DNA of 64,000 nt from Mobula hypostoma (taxonomy: Eukaryota), in the NCBI RefSeq assembly GCF_963921235.1, contig NC_086097.1, forward strand, positions 26,228,001 to 26,292,000. The letters run 5' to 3'. The position numbers and the translations under genes are program-made. The notes under the pieces were generated by a model. The model was given only the letters and a program-made list of their open reading frames with translations. It did no database searches and was not told the DNA's origin. Each line of letters opens with the position of its first letter. The stretch's first letter is position 1. This document shows, one piece after another, positions 1 to 13,075 of this stretch.

Positions 1-1419
1 AATTCATTCCTTAAATTAAGTTTCAAAAGGGCTTCAATTGATCATTCAAATTTCACTTCAACACAAATACATTTATTACCATCCACTACTGAAAACTCAA
101 ACACAATTCCAGAGAATCTTGTGCTTGCTGCATGAAAGTACCATGATGTTAGTGGAAGGAACAATGGTCCCGAGGTGGGCAGTGACTCTGTGAGACTGGG
201 ATGGGGGGAGAGGTCTTGAAGTGAGTGCTGAGGGGTCCCAGTACCTGGGTAACAAGTTTTTTTACAGGTAAAATTAATAAAGGCTACATATTAGCACATT
301 CTACGTATCATTTTGTATGGCAGGGCAGCATAGTAGTTAGCATAACGCTATTACAGAGATTTTAAATGACTGGCCCCTTTATTATTACCACTAGATGCAG
401 GAGCAAAATTGGACCATTTGTCTCATCAAGTCTACTCTGGCACACTGTTGTCTTTTAACCCCATTCCTCTACCTTCTCCTTATTATCCTTTACCGTCTTA
501 CCAATCAGAAAACCTATCAGGCTACATCCTTTTGTGACATTCCCACTACTGAAAACACCTCAACATCAGTATAATGTCAGCTTGTATCAGTTTCCTGTTT
601 CAACCATCATCAGCCCATGTTAATATGAGAACATTAAAAACAACTTCCCTTGCCTTTCCTCTGTGTCGCTGCATCCCTGCAGCAAGACTTCAGTTAATCC
701 CTTGATTGGCATCCAGGGGTATTAATCTATCCTTTGATCTCATTCCTTGCCAAGTGCATGTTCCATCTCTGGAGATTTGCTTGTAATCTTTTCGCCACTG
801 CATGTTTTCTTTGTAGTTGCATCTTTCTTCTGTGGGGGCTTTCTGATCCATCTTTTTGATGTGATTCTGTAACATTGGTGATTTTTGGAACATTGGCTTT
901 CAAGATTCAAGATGGTCATTCTTCAGTTCACAAGTGTAAAGGAAAATGAAATGATTGTTACTCTGTGTCCAATGAGGCATAAAAAACAGAAAGCATAACA
1001 CAATCAATACAAATATAAAAGAAATCCTATAGAACATAGTGCAAAAGTAATTATAAATATATTGTACCTAGACTGATTAAAGTGATGCTAGGTAAAGCAA
1101 ATGTAGTGGTGATGGGGGTTGGGATTTGTGTTAGTGGGTGGAGGTGTTGTTTAACCTTACTGCTTGGAGGAAGTACAGTAACTACTTTTGAGTCTGGTGG
1201 CCCTGGCATGGATGCTGCGAAGGCTCGTCCCTGATGGGAGTGTAATGAACAGTCCACGAGCAGGGTGGGTGCGATCCTTCGTGATAGTGCTGACAGAAAG
1301 CTGTTTTGTTCAAAGCAATAATAGTCTTATCAAACAAGGGACCAAAAGTTAACTACAGGTGCATCACTGGTGTTTCTCCTATAGTAAATTGTTCCAAGAG
1401 TGAACAGAAGCAAGTTTTA

Positions 1420-2565
1420 TAGCAAAAAATAGTGGGAAGTTAGTGCATTGGGAAGCTTCTTAAAAACAGCAGAAGGCAACTAATAAAGTCATAAGGAGAG
1501 AGAAGTTCAAATATGGAAGTAAGCTGGTCAATAATGTAAAAGAGGATACCAAAAATCGTGGATGAATTTAATAAGTATTTTGTGTCAGTCTTCACTATGG
1601 CAGTATGCTAGAAATTCAAGAGTGTCGGGGGCAGAAATGAGTGCAGTTTCTATTACCAAGGAGAAAGGTGCTTGGGAAGCTGAAAGGTGAAGGTAGATAA
1701 GTCACCTGGACCAGATGGATACAGCCCAGGGTTCTGGAAGAGGTAGCTGAAGAGATTATAGAGATCTTAGTAAAGAACTTTCCAGAATCACTAGATTCTG
1801 CAATGGATCTTGAGGACAGGGAAATTGCAAATGTCACTGCACTCTTTAAGAAGGGAGGCAGGCAGAAGAAATGAAATGATAGACCTGTTAGCCTGACTTC
1901 AGCGGTGAGGAAGCTGTTGGAGTCCATTTAGTAGGGTTGAGGTTTGGGTACTCAGAGGCACATGAGAAAGTAGTTCAAAGTCGGCATATTTTCCTGAAGG
2001 GAGAACCTTGCCTGACAAATCTGTTGGATTTCTTTGAGGAAATAACAGACAGGATAGACAAAAGTGTGGATGGTGTTTACCTGGATTTCCAGGCGGCCTT
2101 TGACAAGATGCCAAATTTGAGGCTGCTTAACAAGATAAGAGTCTATGGTAATACAGGAAAGATACTAGCATGGATAGGAGATTGGCTGACCGGCGGGAGG
2201 CAAAGAATGGGAATAAAGGGGGCCTTTTCTGGTTGGTTGCTGGTGACAAGTGGTGTGCCACAGAGGTTGATCTTGGGACTGTTTCTTTTCACATTCTTTG
2301 TCAATGATTTTGATGACAGGATTGATGACTTTGTAGTCAAGTTTGCAGAATATACAAAGAGATGTGGAGGGACATGTAGTGTTGAGGAAGCAAGAAGTCT
2401 GCAGAAGGAGGTTGATAGATTCTGATTAGTCACGGCATCAGGAGTTACAGGGAAAAGGCAGGAGAATACGGCTGAAAGGGATGATAAATCAGCCATGATG
2501 GAATGAATGGTGGAGTGTACTCGGTGGGCCAAATGGCTTAATTTTTCTCCTATGTCTTAAGGTCT
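1420..2565 (+). mobile_element. Decayed CR1 LINE RT fragment with 3' end
   Basis: ORF 1937-2425: CLTNLLDFFEE...YLDFQAAFDK...TSGVPQ...VKFA. Confidence 0.85.
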
Positions 2566-2700
2566 AAGCAATAATCCAATTTGATATAGAAACATATGAA
2601 AAAAATTCAAACATCATGGAAACCAACCTGTTCTCAATGAACACACATAAAAGTTGCTGGTGAATGCAGCAGGCCAGGCAGCGTCTCTAGGAAGAGGTAC

Positions 2701-2736
2701 AGTCGACATTTCAGGCCAAGACCCTTCGTCAGGACT
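2701..2736 (-). ncRNA. Minimal hammerhead motif, variant (GAAAUGUC)
   Basis: Reverse complement AGTCCTGACGAAGGGTCTTGGCCTGAAATGTCGACT; same strand as the Penelope ORF, downstream of its stop. Confidence 0.62.
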
Positions 2737-4080
2737 AACTGAAGAAAGAGCTAGTAAGAGGTTTGAAAGTGGGAGGGGGAGGGGAGATCCAAAATGATAG
2801 GAGAAGACAGGAGGGGGAGGGATAGAGCCAAGAGCTGGACAGTTGATTGGCAAAAAGGGATATGAGAGGATCATGGGACAGGAGGCCCAGGGAGAAGGAA
2901 GGGGGGGGGAACCCAGAGGATGAGCAAGGGGTATTGTGAGAGGGACAGAAGGAGAAAAAGGAGAGAGAGAGAAAGAATGTGTGTATATAAATAAATAACG
3001 GACGGGGTACAAGGGGGAGGTGGGGCATTAGCGGAAGTTAGAGAAGTCAATGTTCATGCCATCAGGTTGGAGGCTACCCAAACAGAATATAGTGTGGCTT
3101 CATCTTTACAGTAGAGGAGGCCGTGGATAGACATATCAGAATGGGAATTGGACATGGAATTGGGCATGGCCACTGGAAGATCCTGCTTTTTCTGGTGGAC
3201 AGAGCGTAGGTGTTCAGCGAAACGATCTCCCAGTCTGCGTCGAGTCTCGCCAATGTATAGAAGGCCACATCAGGAGCACCGGACGCAGCATATCACCCCA
3301 GCCGACTCACAGGTGAAGTGTCGCCTCACCTGGAAGGACTGTCTAGGGCCCTGAATGGTGGTGAGGGAGGAAGTGTAAGGGCATGTGTAGCACTTGTTCC
3401 GCTTACAAGGATAAGTGCCAGGAGGGAGATCAGTGGGGAGGGATGGGGGGGACGAATGGACAAGGGAGTCGCATAGGGAGCGATCCCTGCAGAAAGCAGA
3501 GAGAGGAGGGGAGGGAAAGATGTGTTTAGTGGTGGGATATCTGTTGGAGGTGGTGGAAGTTACGGAGAATTATATGTTGGACCCGGAGGCTGGTGAGGTG
3601 GTAGGTGAGGACAAGGGGAACCCTGTTCCTAGTGGGGTGGCGGGAGGATGGAATGAGAGCATGAAATTGGGGAGATGCGTTTGAGAGCAAAGCTACCCAG
3701 ATGGAATATAACACCTTATATTCCATCTGGGCAGCCTCCAACCTGATGGCATGAACATTGACTTCTCAAACTTCTGCTAATGCCCCACCTCCCCCTTGTA
3801 CCCCATCCGTTATTTATTTATATGCACACATTCTTTCTCTCACTCTCCTTTTTCTCCCTCTGTCCCTCTCACTATACCCCTTGCCCATCCTCAGGTTTTT
3901 CTCCCCCCTCCCCCTTTTCTTTCTCCCTAGGCCTCCTGTCCCATGATCCTCTCATATCCCTTTTGCCAATCACCTGTCCAGCTCTTGGCTCCATCCCTCC
4001 CCCTCCTGTCTTCTCCTATCATTTTGGATCTCCCCCTCCCCCTCCCACTTTCAAATCTCTTACTAGCTCTTCTTTCGGTT

Positions 4081-4116
4081 AGTCCTGACGAAGGGTCTCG
4101 GCCTGAAACGTCGACT
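4081..4116 (+). ncRNA. Minimal type I hammerhead ribozyme motif in the Penelope terminal repeat
   Basis: AGUC-CUGACGA-AGG(GUCUCGG)CCU-GAAA-CG-UC|GACU: catalytic boxes CUGANGA and GAAA, GUC triplet, stem I AGUC/GACU, palindromic ACGU in place of stem III. Confidence 0.75.
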
Positions 4117-5469
4117 GTACCTCTTCCTAGAGATGCTGCCTGACCTGCTGTGTTCACCAGCAACTTTTATGTGTGTTGCTTGAATTTCCAGCATCTGCAG
4201 GTTTCCTCGTGTCTGCTCTCAATGAACTCTGTGTATACTTGTTGCTGCCTCAGTAAAGCTGCTAGCATAAACCAAGACCCCACCCCACCCTGGACGTTCT
4301 ATCTTCTCTCCTCTCCTCTCGGACAGAAGGTACAAAAGCCTGTGGGGACACTCCACCAGGCTCAAGGACAGCTTCTACCCCACTGTAATATGACATTGAA
4401 TTGTGGGGTGTCATGGTAGTGTAGCGGTTAACATAACACTAATACAGCAGGCTTGTTGGGTCAGAAGAGCTTGTTATCATGCTGTATCTCAAAATAAAAT
4501 AAATAATTGAACGGTTCCCTAGTAAGATAAGATGGACTCTTGACCTTTCATTCTATCTTGCTATGAACTTGCACCTTAATGTCCACTTACACTGCACTTT
4601 CTCCGTAGCGGTTACACTTTACTCTGCATTCTGTTCATTGTGTAATGAATGGATCTGTGTGAACAGTATGCAAGACAAGTTTTCATTGTACCTCGTTACA
4701 TGTGACTCTAATAAACTAACTCCAGTTCCGAAGTACATTTGGTGAAAAGTGAGATAGAACAAGGAAGAAGTTCATTCAGTCTGGCACTTTTTCTGCCTTT
4801 GTACCACTTCTTCACGAGACAGATTTTTCATTTATATTGATGTTGTAGTGTGGTGCTTAGTTAGGTCCCAGAAGCAAATGGATTGCGCAAGGTACTTTAA
4901 AGATATTGAACAACTTTTGAAAAATATTTACTGTAGGGGTGATAAATTCTTTTCAAAATCTGGAATGAGAAATAGAGAATGAAAACCAAGTAAAACAGTC
5001 TCACCAGGTTTGGGACATTAAGCAGATATTAGATCAGGTTGTCCTGGGAACAACTGATGCTGGGTACTTCTGGGACAACAGAATTTCACAATGCACTGCT
5101 GTGTTGGGACCCCAAGGAGGGTGCAGTAGTTGTGGGTCTGGATCAATAGCGTAACATGTGACCGTTGTCCTCGGTATACAGAGGAACGATATTTTGGAGG
5201 AGCTACCAGAAAGCCTCTGGAGTAGCTGTCTGTTTTTCTCAGTAGAGCAGACACACAATGGAGCAGAGAGTATATGCCTCTCTGCGAGTTCTTTTGACTT
5301 AGCAGCTTTCTAACAGGATGCAGATCAGGGTGGAGAAGTGGTAAATGGAGTTCAACCTGGAAAAGTGTGAAGTGATTCAGTTTGAAAGGTTGAACTTGAA
5401 GGTAGAGCATAAGAGCAAGTAAAGGCATAGTTAAGAAGGGGTAAGCCTTTTTCTTTTTTAGTTTAGAGT

Positions 5470-8400
5470 AGTCAGGATGGAATGCTCCTCCTGACAGATG
5501 TGGAATCTCAGGATACCTGACTGTTTCTGTGATGACTACATCTGTGGGAGGTGCACCCATCTTCAGCGCCTGACTGACCGGGTCACGGAGTTGGAGCTGG
5601 AGCTGGACGTACTCAAGATTATTCGGGAGGCTGAAGATGTTATAGACAAGCCTTTTGAAGAGGTGGTCACACTCAGTGTATAGACTTCGGACAGTAGATG
5701 GCTGACCACCAGGAGAGGTAAGAGGTGTAAAAAGTCAGTGCAGGGCTCCCCTGTGGCCATTCTCCTCAGCAACAAGTATACCTCTTTGGATACTGCTGGG
5801 GGATCACGGCAGCTACAGCCAGGCTGGTGGTACTGTGGTTGGCTCTGAGGCTCAACATGGAAGGGTAAAGTCAGACAGTGGGTCGTTATAGGGGACTCGA
5901 TAGGGAGACAGAAAGGAGATTCTGTGGATGCAAAAGAGACACCAGGATAGTGTGTTGCCTCCCAGATGATAGGGTCCATGATGTATCGGAGCAGCTGCAG
6001 GATATTCTCGAGGGGGAAGGGGAACAGCCAGAGGTCATGTTGCATATTGGCACCAATGACTTGGGGAGAAAAGGGGAAGAGGTCCTAAACAGTGAGTGTA
6101 TAGAGTTAGGAAAGGGGCTGAAGAGAAGGACCTCCAAGGTTGCAATCTCTGGATTACTCCCTGTGCCACGGACTTGCGCAGGTAGGAATGGGGCGATAAC
6201 ATGAATGAATGAGTGGCTGTGGAGATGGTGCAGGGGACAGGGTTTCAATTTCTTGGATCATTGGAATTTTTTCTGGGGAAGGGCTGACCTGTACAAGAGG
6301 GACAGGTTGCATCTGAACTGGAGGGGAAACAATATCCTGTCTGGGAGGTTTGCTGATGGAGGGTTTAAACCGATTTTGCAGGGGGCTGGGAACCAGAGCC
6401 CAAGGTCATTAAAGGAAGGATTGGACTGAAAAGTAGATGTAAGCGAAAGTATAGAAAGGCAAAATCAAAATAACAGGTATGTTGGGTCGGATAGTTTGAA
6501 GTGTGTATACTTTAATGCTAGGAGTATTATGGGTAAGGGTGATGAACTTAGAGCATGGATCAGTACATGGAACTATGATGTTGTAGTCATTACTGAAACT
6601 TGGTTGAGAGAAGGGCAGGAAAAGGTGATTAATGCAAGAGGTTTTAGAAGTTTTAGAAAAGATAGAGGAGGAGGTAAAAGTGGGGGGTGTGGGGGGGGGG
6701 AACAGTTGCACTACTAATCAGGGACAATGTCACAGCTGCACCCAGAGGAGACATAATGGAGGGGTCAGACTCTGAGTCCATTTGGGTGGAACTCAAGAAT
6801 GGGATGGGTGCCATCACACTGATGGGATTGTACTACAGACCCCCTCATAGCCTCCGGGACATTGACAAACAGATATGTAATCAGATTAAGGAAATGTGTA
6901 AAAATAATAGGGTTGTTGTCATGGGGGATTTCAGCTTCCCTAATATAAACTGGGACCTTCTTAGTGTCAGGGGTTTAGATAGGGCGGAATTTGTTATGTG
7001 GATACAGAAAGGTTTCTTACATCAATATGTGGATGGTCCAATGAGAGGAGGGGCTGTACTGGACCTGGTGTGGGGTAATGAGCCTGGCCAGGTGACTGAC
7101 CTTTCAGTGGGCGAACAGTGACCACAACTCCTTAAATTTCAGGCCAACTATAGACAAGGATAGGTATGGTCCTTGTGGGAGAGTTTTAAATTGGAGTAGG
7201 GCAAATTATGAAGGCATTAGGCAGGAAGTAAGAAGCATTAATTGGGAATACCTTTTCTCTGGCAAGTCCACATCAGACATGAGGAGGGTGTTTTAAGATC
7301 AATTGTACAAGAAAGTCATGTTCCTGTTAGAAGGAAGAATGGGGATAGAAAGGTAAAAGAGGTGATGAATTTAGTCAAGAAGAAAAAGGAAAAGGATGTA
7401 AAGCTTCGGAAGTCAAGATAAAAAGGAAGCTCATGAGGATTATAAAGAAGCCCGTGAAGAACTAAAGAAAGGAATTAGGAAAGCCAGGAGGGGCTATGAA
7501 AAGTCTCTGGCAAGTAGGATTAAGGTGAATCCCAAGGTATTCCATACATACATCAAGAGCAAGAGGATAACTAGGGAGAGGGTGGAAACATTTGCTTAGA
7601 GGTAGAGAATGTGAGTGAGTATGTAACAAGTACTTTGCTTCAGTACTTACCAAGGAAAAGGATATGGAAGACCAGGAGATCAGTGCTGTGTGTATAAATA
7701 TGTTAGGGCATTTAGAGGTTAAGGAGGAGGAAGTGTTGGGCCTCCTAATGAGTATTAGGAGTACCTCCAGGTAAGTCCCCAGGTCCTGATAGGATTTACC
7801 CCAGGTTATTGACGGAGGCAAGAGATGAGATTGCTGGGCCCTTGGCCAGTATCTTTGTGTCCTCTCTGGACTGGTGAGTAGCTAATGTTTATTTAAGATG
7901 GAGCAAGGGAAATTCTTAGGAACTGTAGACTGGTGGAAATTGCTGGAGAAAATTCTTAGGGATAGGATATATGAACATTTGGAAACCCGTGGCTTAATTA
8001 GGGAGAGCTAGCATGGCTTTCTGCGGGGCAAGTTGTACTTTACCAACTTGATTGAGTTTTTTGACAAGGTGACGAGAGATATTGATGAGTGTAGAACAGT
8101 GGATGTTGTCTACATGGATTTTTGTAAGGCTTCTGACAAAGTCCGTCATAGGAGGCTAATCCAGAAGATTAAGATGAATGGGATCCGCAGCATATTCACT
8201 GTCTGGATTCAGAACTGGCTTGCGCATAGAAGACAGGGTACTGGTTGCAGAGACTTAGTCAAGCTGGAGGTCTGTAATTAGTGGAGTTCCACAGGGATCT
8301 GTGCTGGGACCTCTGCTGTTTGTGATGTATATAAACGACCTGGATGAAAATGTAGATGGATGGGTGAGTAAATCTGCAGATGATCCAAGATTGATGGAGT

Positions 8401-9330
8401 TGTGGATTGTGTAGAAGCATGATATAGATCAGTTGCAGATATGGGCTGAGAAATGGCAGATGGAGTTTAAGGTTGGTGCGGCTGTAATGAAACCAAATTT
8501 CCCTCGGGATTAATAAAGTATATCCATCTATCTATCTATCTATCTAAATATGAGGTGTTGCACCTCGGTAAGGTAAATGCAAGGAGACAGTACACTGTGA
8601 AGCGCAAAATCCTTAACAGTGTTGCTGAGCAGAGAGATCTTGTGATCCAAGTTCATAGCTCCCTGAAAGTGACTACACAGGTTGAAAAGGAGGTTAAGAA
8701 GGCTTATGGAATGCTTGCTTTTATGTCAAGGCATTGAGTTCGAAAGTCAGGAGGTTGTGTTGCAACTTTATAAATCACCAATTAGGCCACATCTGGAGTA
8801 TTGTGTACAATTCTGGTCCCCCCCCCCCCATAGAAATGACTTTGGGCTTTGACAGGGTGCAGAGAGGTTCACCAGGATGCTGCCTGGTTTAGAGGGCATG
8901 TGCTATCACGAGAGGCTGGATAAACTTGGGTTGTTTGCTCTGGAGCGTCAGAGGCTGAGAGGGGATCTGATAAAGGTTTACAAGATTATGGGAAGCATAG
9001 ATAGAGTGGACAGAGACCATCTATTTGCCAGGGTAGAAATGTCTAATGCCAGAGGGCATGCAGTGAAGATGAGAGGAGGTAGTTTTTTTACTCAGAGTAG
9101 TGGATGCTTGGAATGTCCTGCCTGGTGCGGTGGTAGAGGCAAATGTATTAGAGGTTTTTAAGAGAGGTTTGGATAGGCACATGGATATAAGGAAGATGGA
9201 GCAATATGGACATGGTCTATGTACGAGAGATTTGTGTTTTGGTGTTTTTGATGTACTTTTTTGCTGGTTCATCACAGCATTGTGGGCTGAATGGCCTATT
9301 CCTTCTCTATACTGTTCTATGTTCTATATT
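5470..9330 (+). mobile_element. Nearly full-length decayed CR1 LINE (ORF1 zinc finger/coiled coil plus SGNH esterase; ORF2 APE endonuclease plus RT)
   Basis: ORF1 remnants CSSxQMW...YICGRC...LELEL, GDS, HIGTND, DRLHLN. ORF2 remnants YFNARSI, ITETWL, YYRPP, MGDF and RT motifs. Tail ctgttctatgttctat. Many frameshifts and stops. Confidence 0.9.
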
Positions 9331-9494
9331 AATGGTAGGATTCTTAGCAGAGGGACAGGGGATCCAAATCCACAGATCCCTCGAAGTTGCTTTGCAAGTT
9401 GATAGGGTTGTTCAGAAGGTGTATGGTGTGTTGGGCTTCATTAGTCAGAGGAATGAGTTTGAGGTGCAAGTAAACTTGCAGCACAGAGGAGATA

Positions 9495-11880
9495 GAATCA
9501 TAAAGTCATAGAACACTACAGCACAGTAAAAAGCCCTTTGCCCCATCTACAGTAATCAGTGCTAAACCATTAATTCTCCTAATCCCATTGACATGCACCC
9601 AGACCATACCCCTTCCATCCATGTACCTATCCAAATTTCTCTTAAATGTGCAAATTGAATTCGTATCTACTATTTCCACTGGGAGCTCATTCAACACTTT
9701 CACCACCCTCTGAGTGAAGAAGTTATTGATATCTTTCCTGTAGGTAGGTGACCAAACCTGCACTTAATACTCCTAATTAGGCTTTACCGTCTTGTACAAC
9801 TTCAACATAATATCCCAACCACCAAGCTCTGAGTGAAGACGTTCAGCTCATGTCCCTTTAAACATTTCACTTTTTACCCTGAACCCATGACCTCCAATTG
9901 TAGTGTCACCCAACCATAGCAGAAAAAGCCTGCTTACATTTACACTATCTATACCCCTCATAATTTTGCATACCTCTAACAAATCTCTCCTCATTCTCCC
10001 ATGCTCCAGGAAATAAAGTCCGAACCTAACCAACCTTTTCCTATAGCTCAATTCCTCAAGTTCCAGCAAAGTCCTTGTAACTTTTCTCTGCACTATTTCA
10101 ATCTTATTGGTATCTTTCCTATAGGAAGGTGACGGAACTGCACACAATGCTCCAAATTAGGCCTCACCCAAGCCTTATACAATTTCAACACGTCTCAACT
10201 CCTGTACTCAATACATTGATTTTCCCAGCTGGTCCAGAACCTACTACAGGCTTTGATAGTCTTCCTTGCTGTGCACTACACCCCTAATCTTGGTGACATC
10301 CACAAATTTGCTAATCTATTTTACCACGTTATCATCAAGATCTTTGGTGCAGATGACAAACAACAACAGACCAGTCACCAGTCCCTATGGCACACCAATA
10401 GTTACAGGAGTCAAGTCAGAGAGGCAACCATCTTTGGCTTCTTCTGTGAAGCCAGTGTCTTACCCAATTTACAACGTCATCTTGAATACCAAGTGACTGA
10501 ACCTTCATGACCAACCTCCCATGTGGGACCTTGTAAAGGCTTTGCCTAAGTTCATGTAGACAACATTCACTGCCTTGCCTTCTTCATCAACTTTCCTGGT
10601 AACTTCCTTGAAAAACGCTACAAGAAAGGTTAGGCATGACTTACCACACACAAAGCCATGTTGACTATCCTTAATCAGTCCCTGTCTATCTAAATATTTA
10701 TATACCTAGCCCCTTAGAGTACCTTCCAATAACTTTTCACTACTGATGTCAGACTCACCAGCCTATAATTTCCTGGCTTATTCTTACAGCCTTTCTTAAA
10801 CAACAGAACAACATTACCTATCCTCCAATTCTCTGGCACCTTACCTGTGGCTAAGGATGTTTGAAATACCACTGCTAAGGCTCATACAATTCCTGCACTA
10901 GCCTCCTACAGGGTCTGAGGGAACACATAGTCAGGCCCTGGTGATTTATCCACCCTAATTTGCCTCGAATTCCTCTCTGTAATCCTTTGTAGGGTCCATA
11001 AATTTGCTGCTGCATTTCTTCACATCTCTAGACTCTGTGTCCATCTCCCGAGCAAATACAGATTCAAGAAATCCCCATCTCTTTCGGCTCTGTACATACA
11101 TTACCACTCTGTTCTTCCAGAGGACCAATTTTGTCTCTTCCTATCCTTTTATTCCTAATACATCCATAGAAGTACTTAGGATTCTCCTTCGCCTTGTCTG
11201 CTACAGCAACCTCATGTCTTCTTGTAGACCTCCTGATTTCCTTCTAAGTATCCTGTTCCATTTTGAATACTCCTCAAGTACTTCATTTGTTCTCACTTGT
11301 CATAGCCATATACCTGCTATGCATTTCCTGCTTTTTCTCAACCAGGGCTTCAAAGTTCCATAAACCTGTTATCTTTGCCTTTTATTCCGCCAGGAACATA
11401 CAAACTCTGTACTCCCAAAATTTCACTTTAGAAGGCCTCACATTTACCAAGTACATTTTTGCCAGGAAACAACCTGTCTCAAGTCACACTTGCCAGATCC
11501 TTTCTGATACCATCAAAATTGGCCGTTCTCTAATTTAGAATCTCAACCTGAGGGTCAGGCCTATCCTTTTCCATAATTACCTAGAAACTAATGGCATTAT
11601 GATCATTAGTTGCAAAGTGCCCCCTTACATGACTGAGCACTGCTGTGACATTTTCCCTGACTAGTAATGCCAACCCTCCCCCTTTAATCCCTCCTGTTCT
11701 ATCACGTCTAAGACAAAGGAATCTAGGAACATTGAGCTGCCAATCCAGCCCCTCCTGCAACCAAGTCTCACATAATTCCATGCGCTGATCTTTGCCCTAA
11801 GATTACCTGCCTTTCCTACAATACTCCTTGCATTGAAATATACACAGCTCAGAATATTAGTCCCATCATGGTCAACCATG
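9495..11880 (-). mobile_element. Cluster of decayed CR1 LINE pieces (endonuclease through 3' end)
   Basis: Minus-strand ORFs with CVYFNARSI, ETWL, SPSYRKD...RMRRDLLEV, FFTQRVV; 3' tail at about 9495-9530. Confidence 0.85.
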
Positions 11881-11959
11881 TGATTCCTGACTCACCAACA
11901 TCTTTCCATCCCACTATCAGTTCTGGTGCCCTGGTTCCCATCCTCCTGCAACTTTGATT

Positions 11960-12415
11960 TACCAGATTTACAGTACACTGCCTGGATTGGACAGCATGTC
12001 TTATGAGGAAAGGCTGAGTGACCTAGGGCTTTTCTCTTTGGAGAGGAGGATGGGAGGTGACCTGATAGAGGTGTACAAGATGATAAGAGGCATAGATAGA
12101 GCGGCCAACTAGAGACTTTTTCCCAGGCTAGTACAAGGAGGCATCATTTTAAGGTACAGTAATGGGAGGAAACTATAATGGATTGTCATGGGTATTTTTA
12201 TACACAGAGAGGTAGGTGTGTGAAACAGGCTGCTGGGGGTGATTGTAGAGGTGGATTCAGGAGGGACATTTATGAGACTCTTTGATATGCACATGGATAG
12301 AGAAATGGAGGGCTATGTGAGAGGGAAGAGTGAGATTGATCTAGGAGTAGGTTAAAAGGTCAGCACAACACTGTGGGCTGAAGGGCCTGTAATGTGCTGT
12401 ACTGTTCTATGTTCC
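11960..12415 (+). mobile_element. CR1 3' fragment
   Basis: Remnant LPGL...YEERL..LGLFSLERR..GDLIEVYK plus tail ctgtactgttctatgttc. Confidence 0.8.
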
Positions 12416-12439
12416 ATATCCTGTTGTCAATTCGTCCCT

Positions 12440-13075
12440 CCCCACTATTCTCCCTCCTGACACCTATTCCTGCAAGTGGCAGAAGTACCCATTCACCTCC
12501 ATTCAGGGCATCAAACAGTTTTTCCAGGTGAGGAAGCACTTCACATGCGAACTTGTTGGGTTCATTTACGATATCTGGTTTGGCCTCCTTACATTGAGGA
12601 GAGCTGACATAGATTGGGACATCACTTTTTTCAGCACCTCAGCCCCATCTGCAAAAAATGGAATTTCCCATTGGCTAACCATTTCCCACTCTGGCATCTT
12701 ACCTCTTCTCCTCACTTGCCTATCACCCCCACCCCCCGGTGCCCCTCCCCCTTCTCCAAAGATCCACTGTCCGCAGCTATCAGATTCCTTTTTCTCCATC
12801 ATTTTACCTTTTCCACCTCACATCCCAGCTTCTTACTTCATTCTGCCTTCTCCCACCCACCTTCCCCCTCACCTGATCACCTTTGAGTTTGTCCTCCTTC
12901 CCCTCCCCCACTTTCTTATTCTGGCTTCTTCCCCCTTCCTTTCCATTCCTCATGAATAGTCTCAGCCTGAAACATCAACTGTTTATTCATTTCCAAATAT
13001 GCTCTCCAACCTGCTGAGTTCCTCCAGCACTTTTTGTGTTGCTCTGGATTTTGGGTATCTGCAGAATCTCTTATG
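12440..13075 (+). mobile_element. Penelope-like 3' fragment (older subfamily)
   Basis: FQVRKHFTCE remnant, pyrimidine-rich UTR, decayed ribozyme motif and terminal repeat. Confidence 0.75.

Larger units (their letters stand above)
2643..4216. mobile_element. Penelope-like (Neptune-type) retroelement, inverted pair: minus copy ~2643-3690 and plus copy ~3712-4216
   Basis: Minus strand encodes RVPLVLTYH, the Cys linker GTYPCKRNKCYTC, GIY-YIG (GVICCVRCSxCGLLYIGETRRRLGDRFAEH) and QPDGMNIDFSNF*. 11-bp TSD tctcaatgaac at 2632-2642 and 4217-4227. Confidence 0.9.

Noticed and set aside
2614..4419. Recurrent ORFs containing SPDEGSRPETSTVPLPRDAAWPAAF or MLVNAAGQAASLGRG
   Set aside because: Translations of the non-coding Penelope terminal repeat and ribozyme; they recur only because the repeat does.
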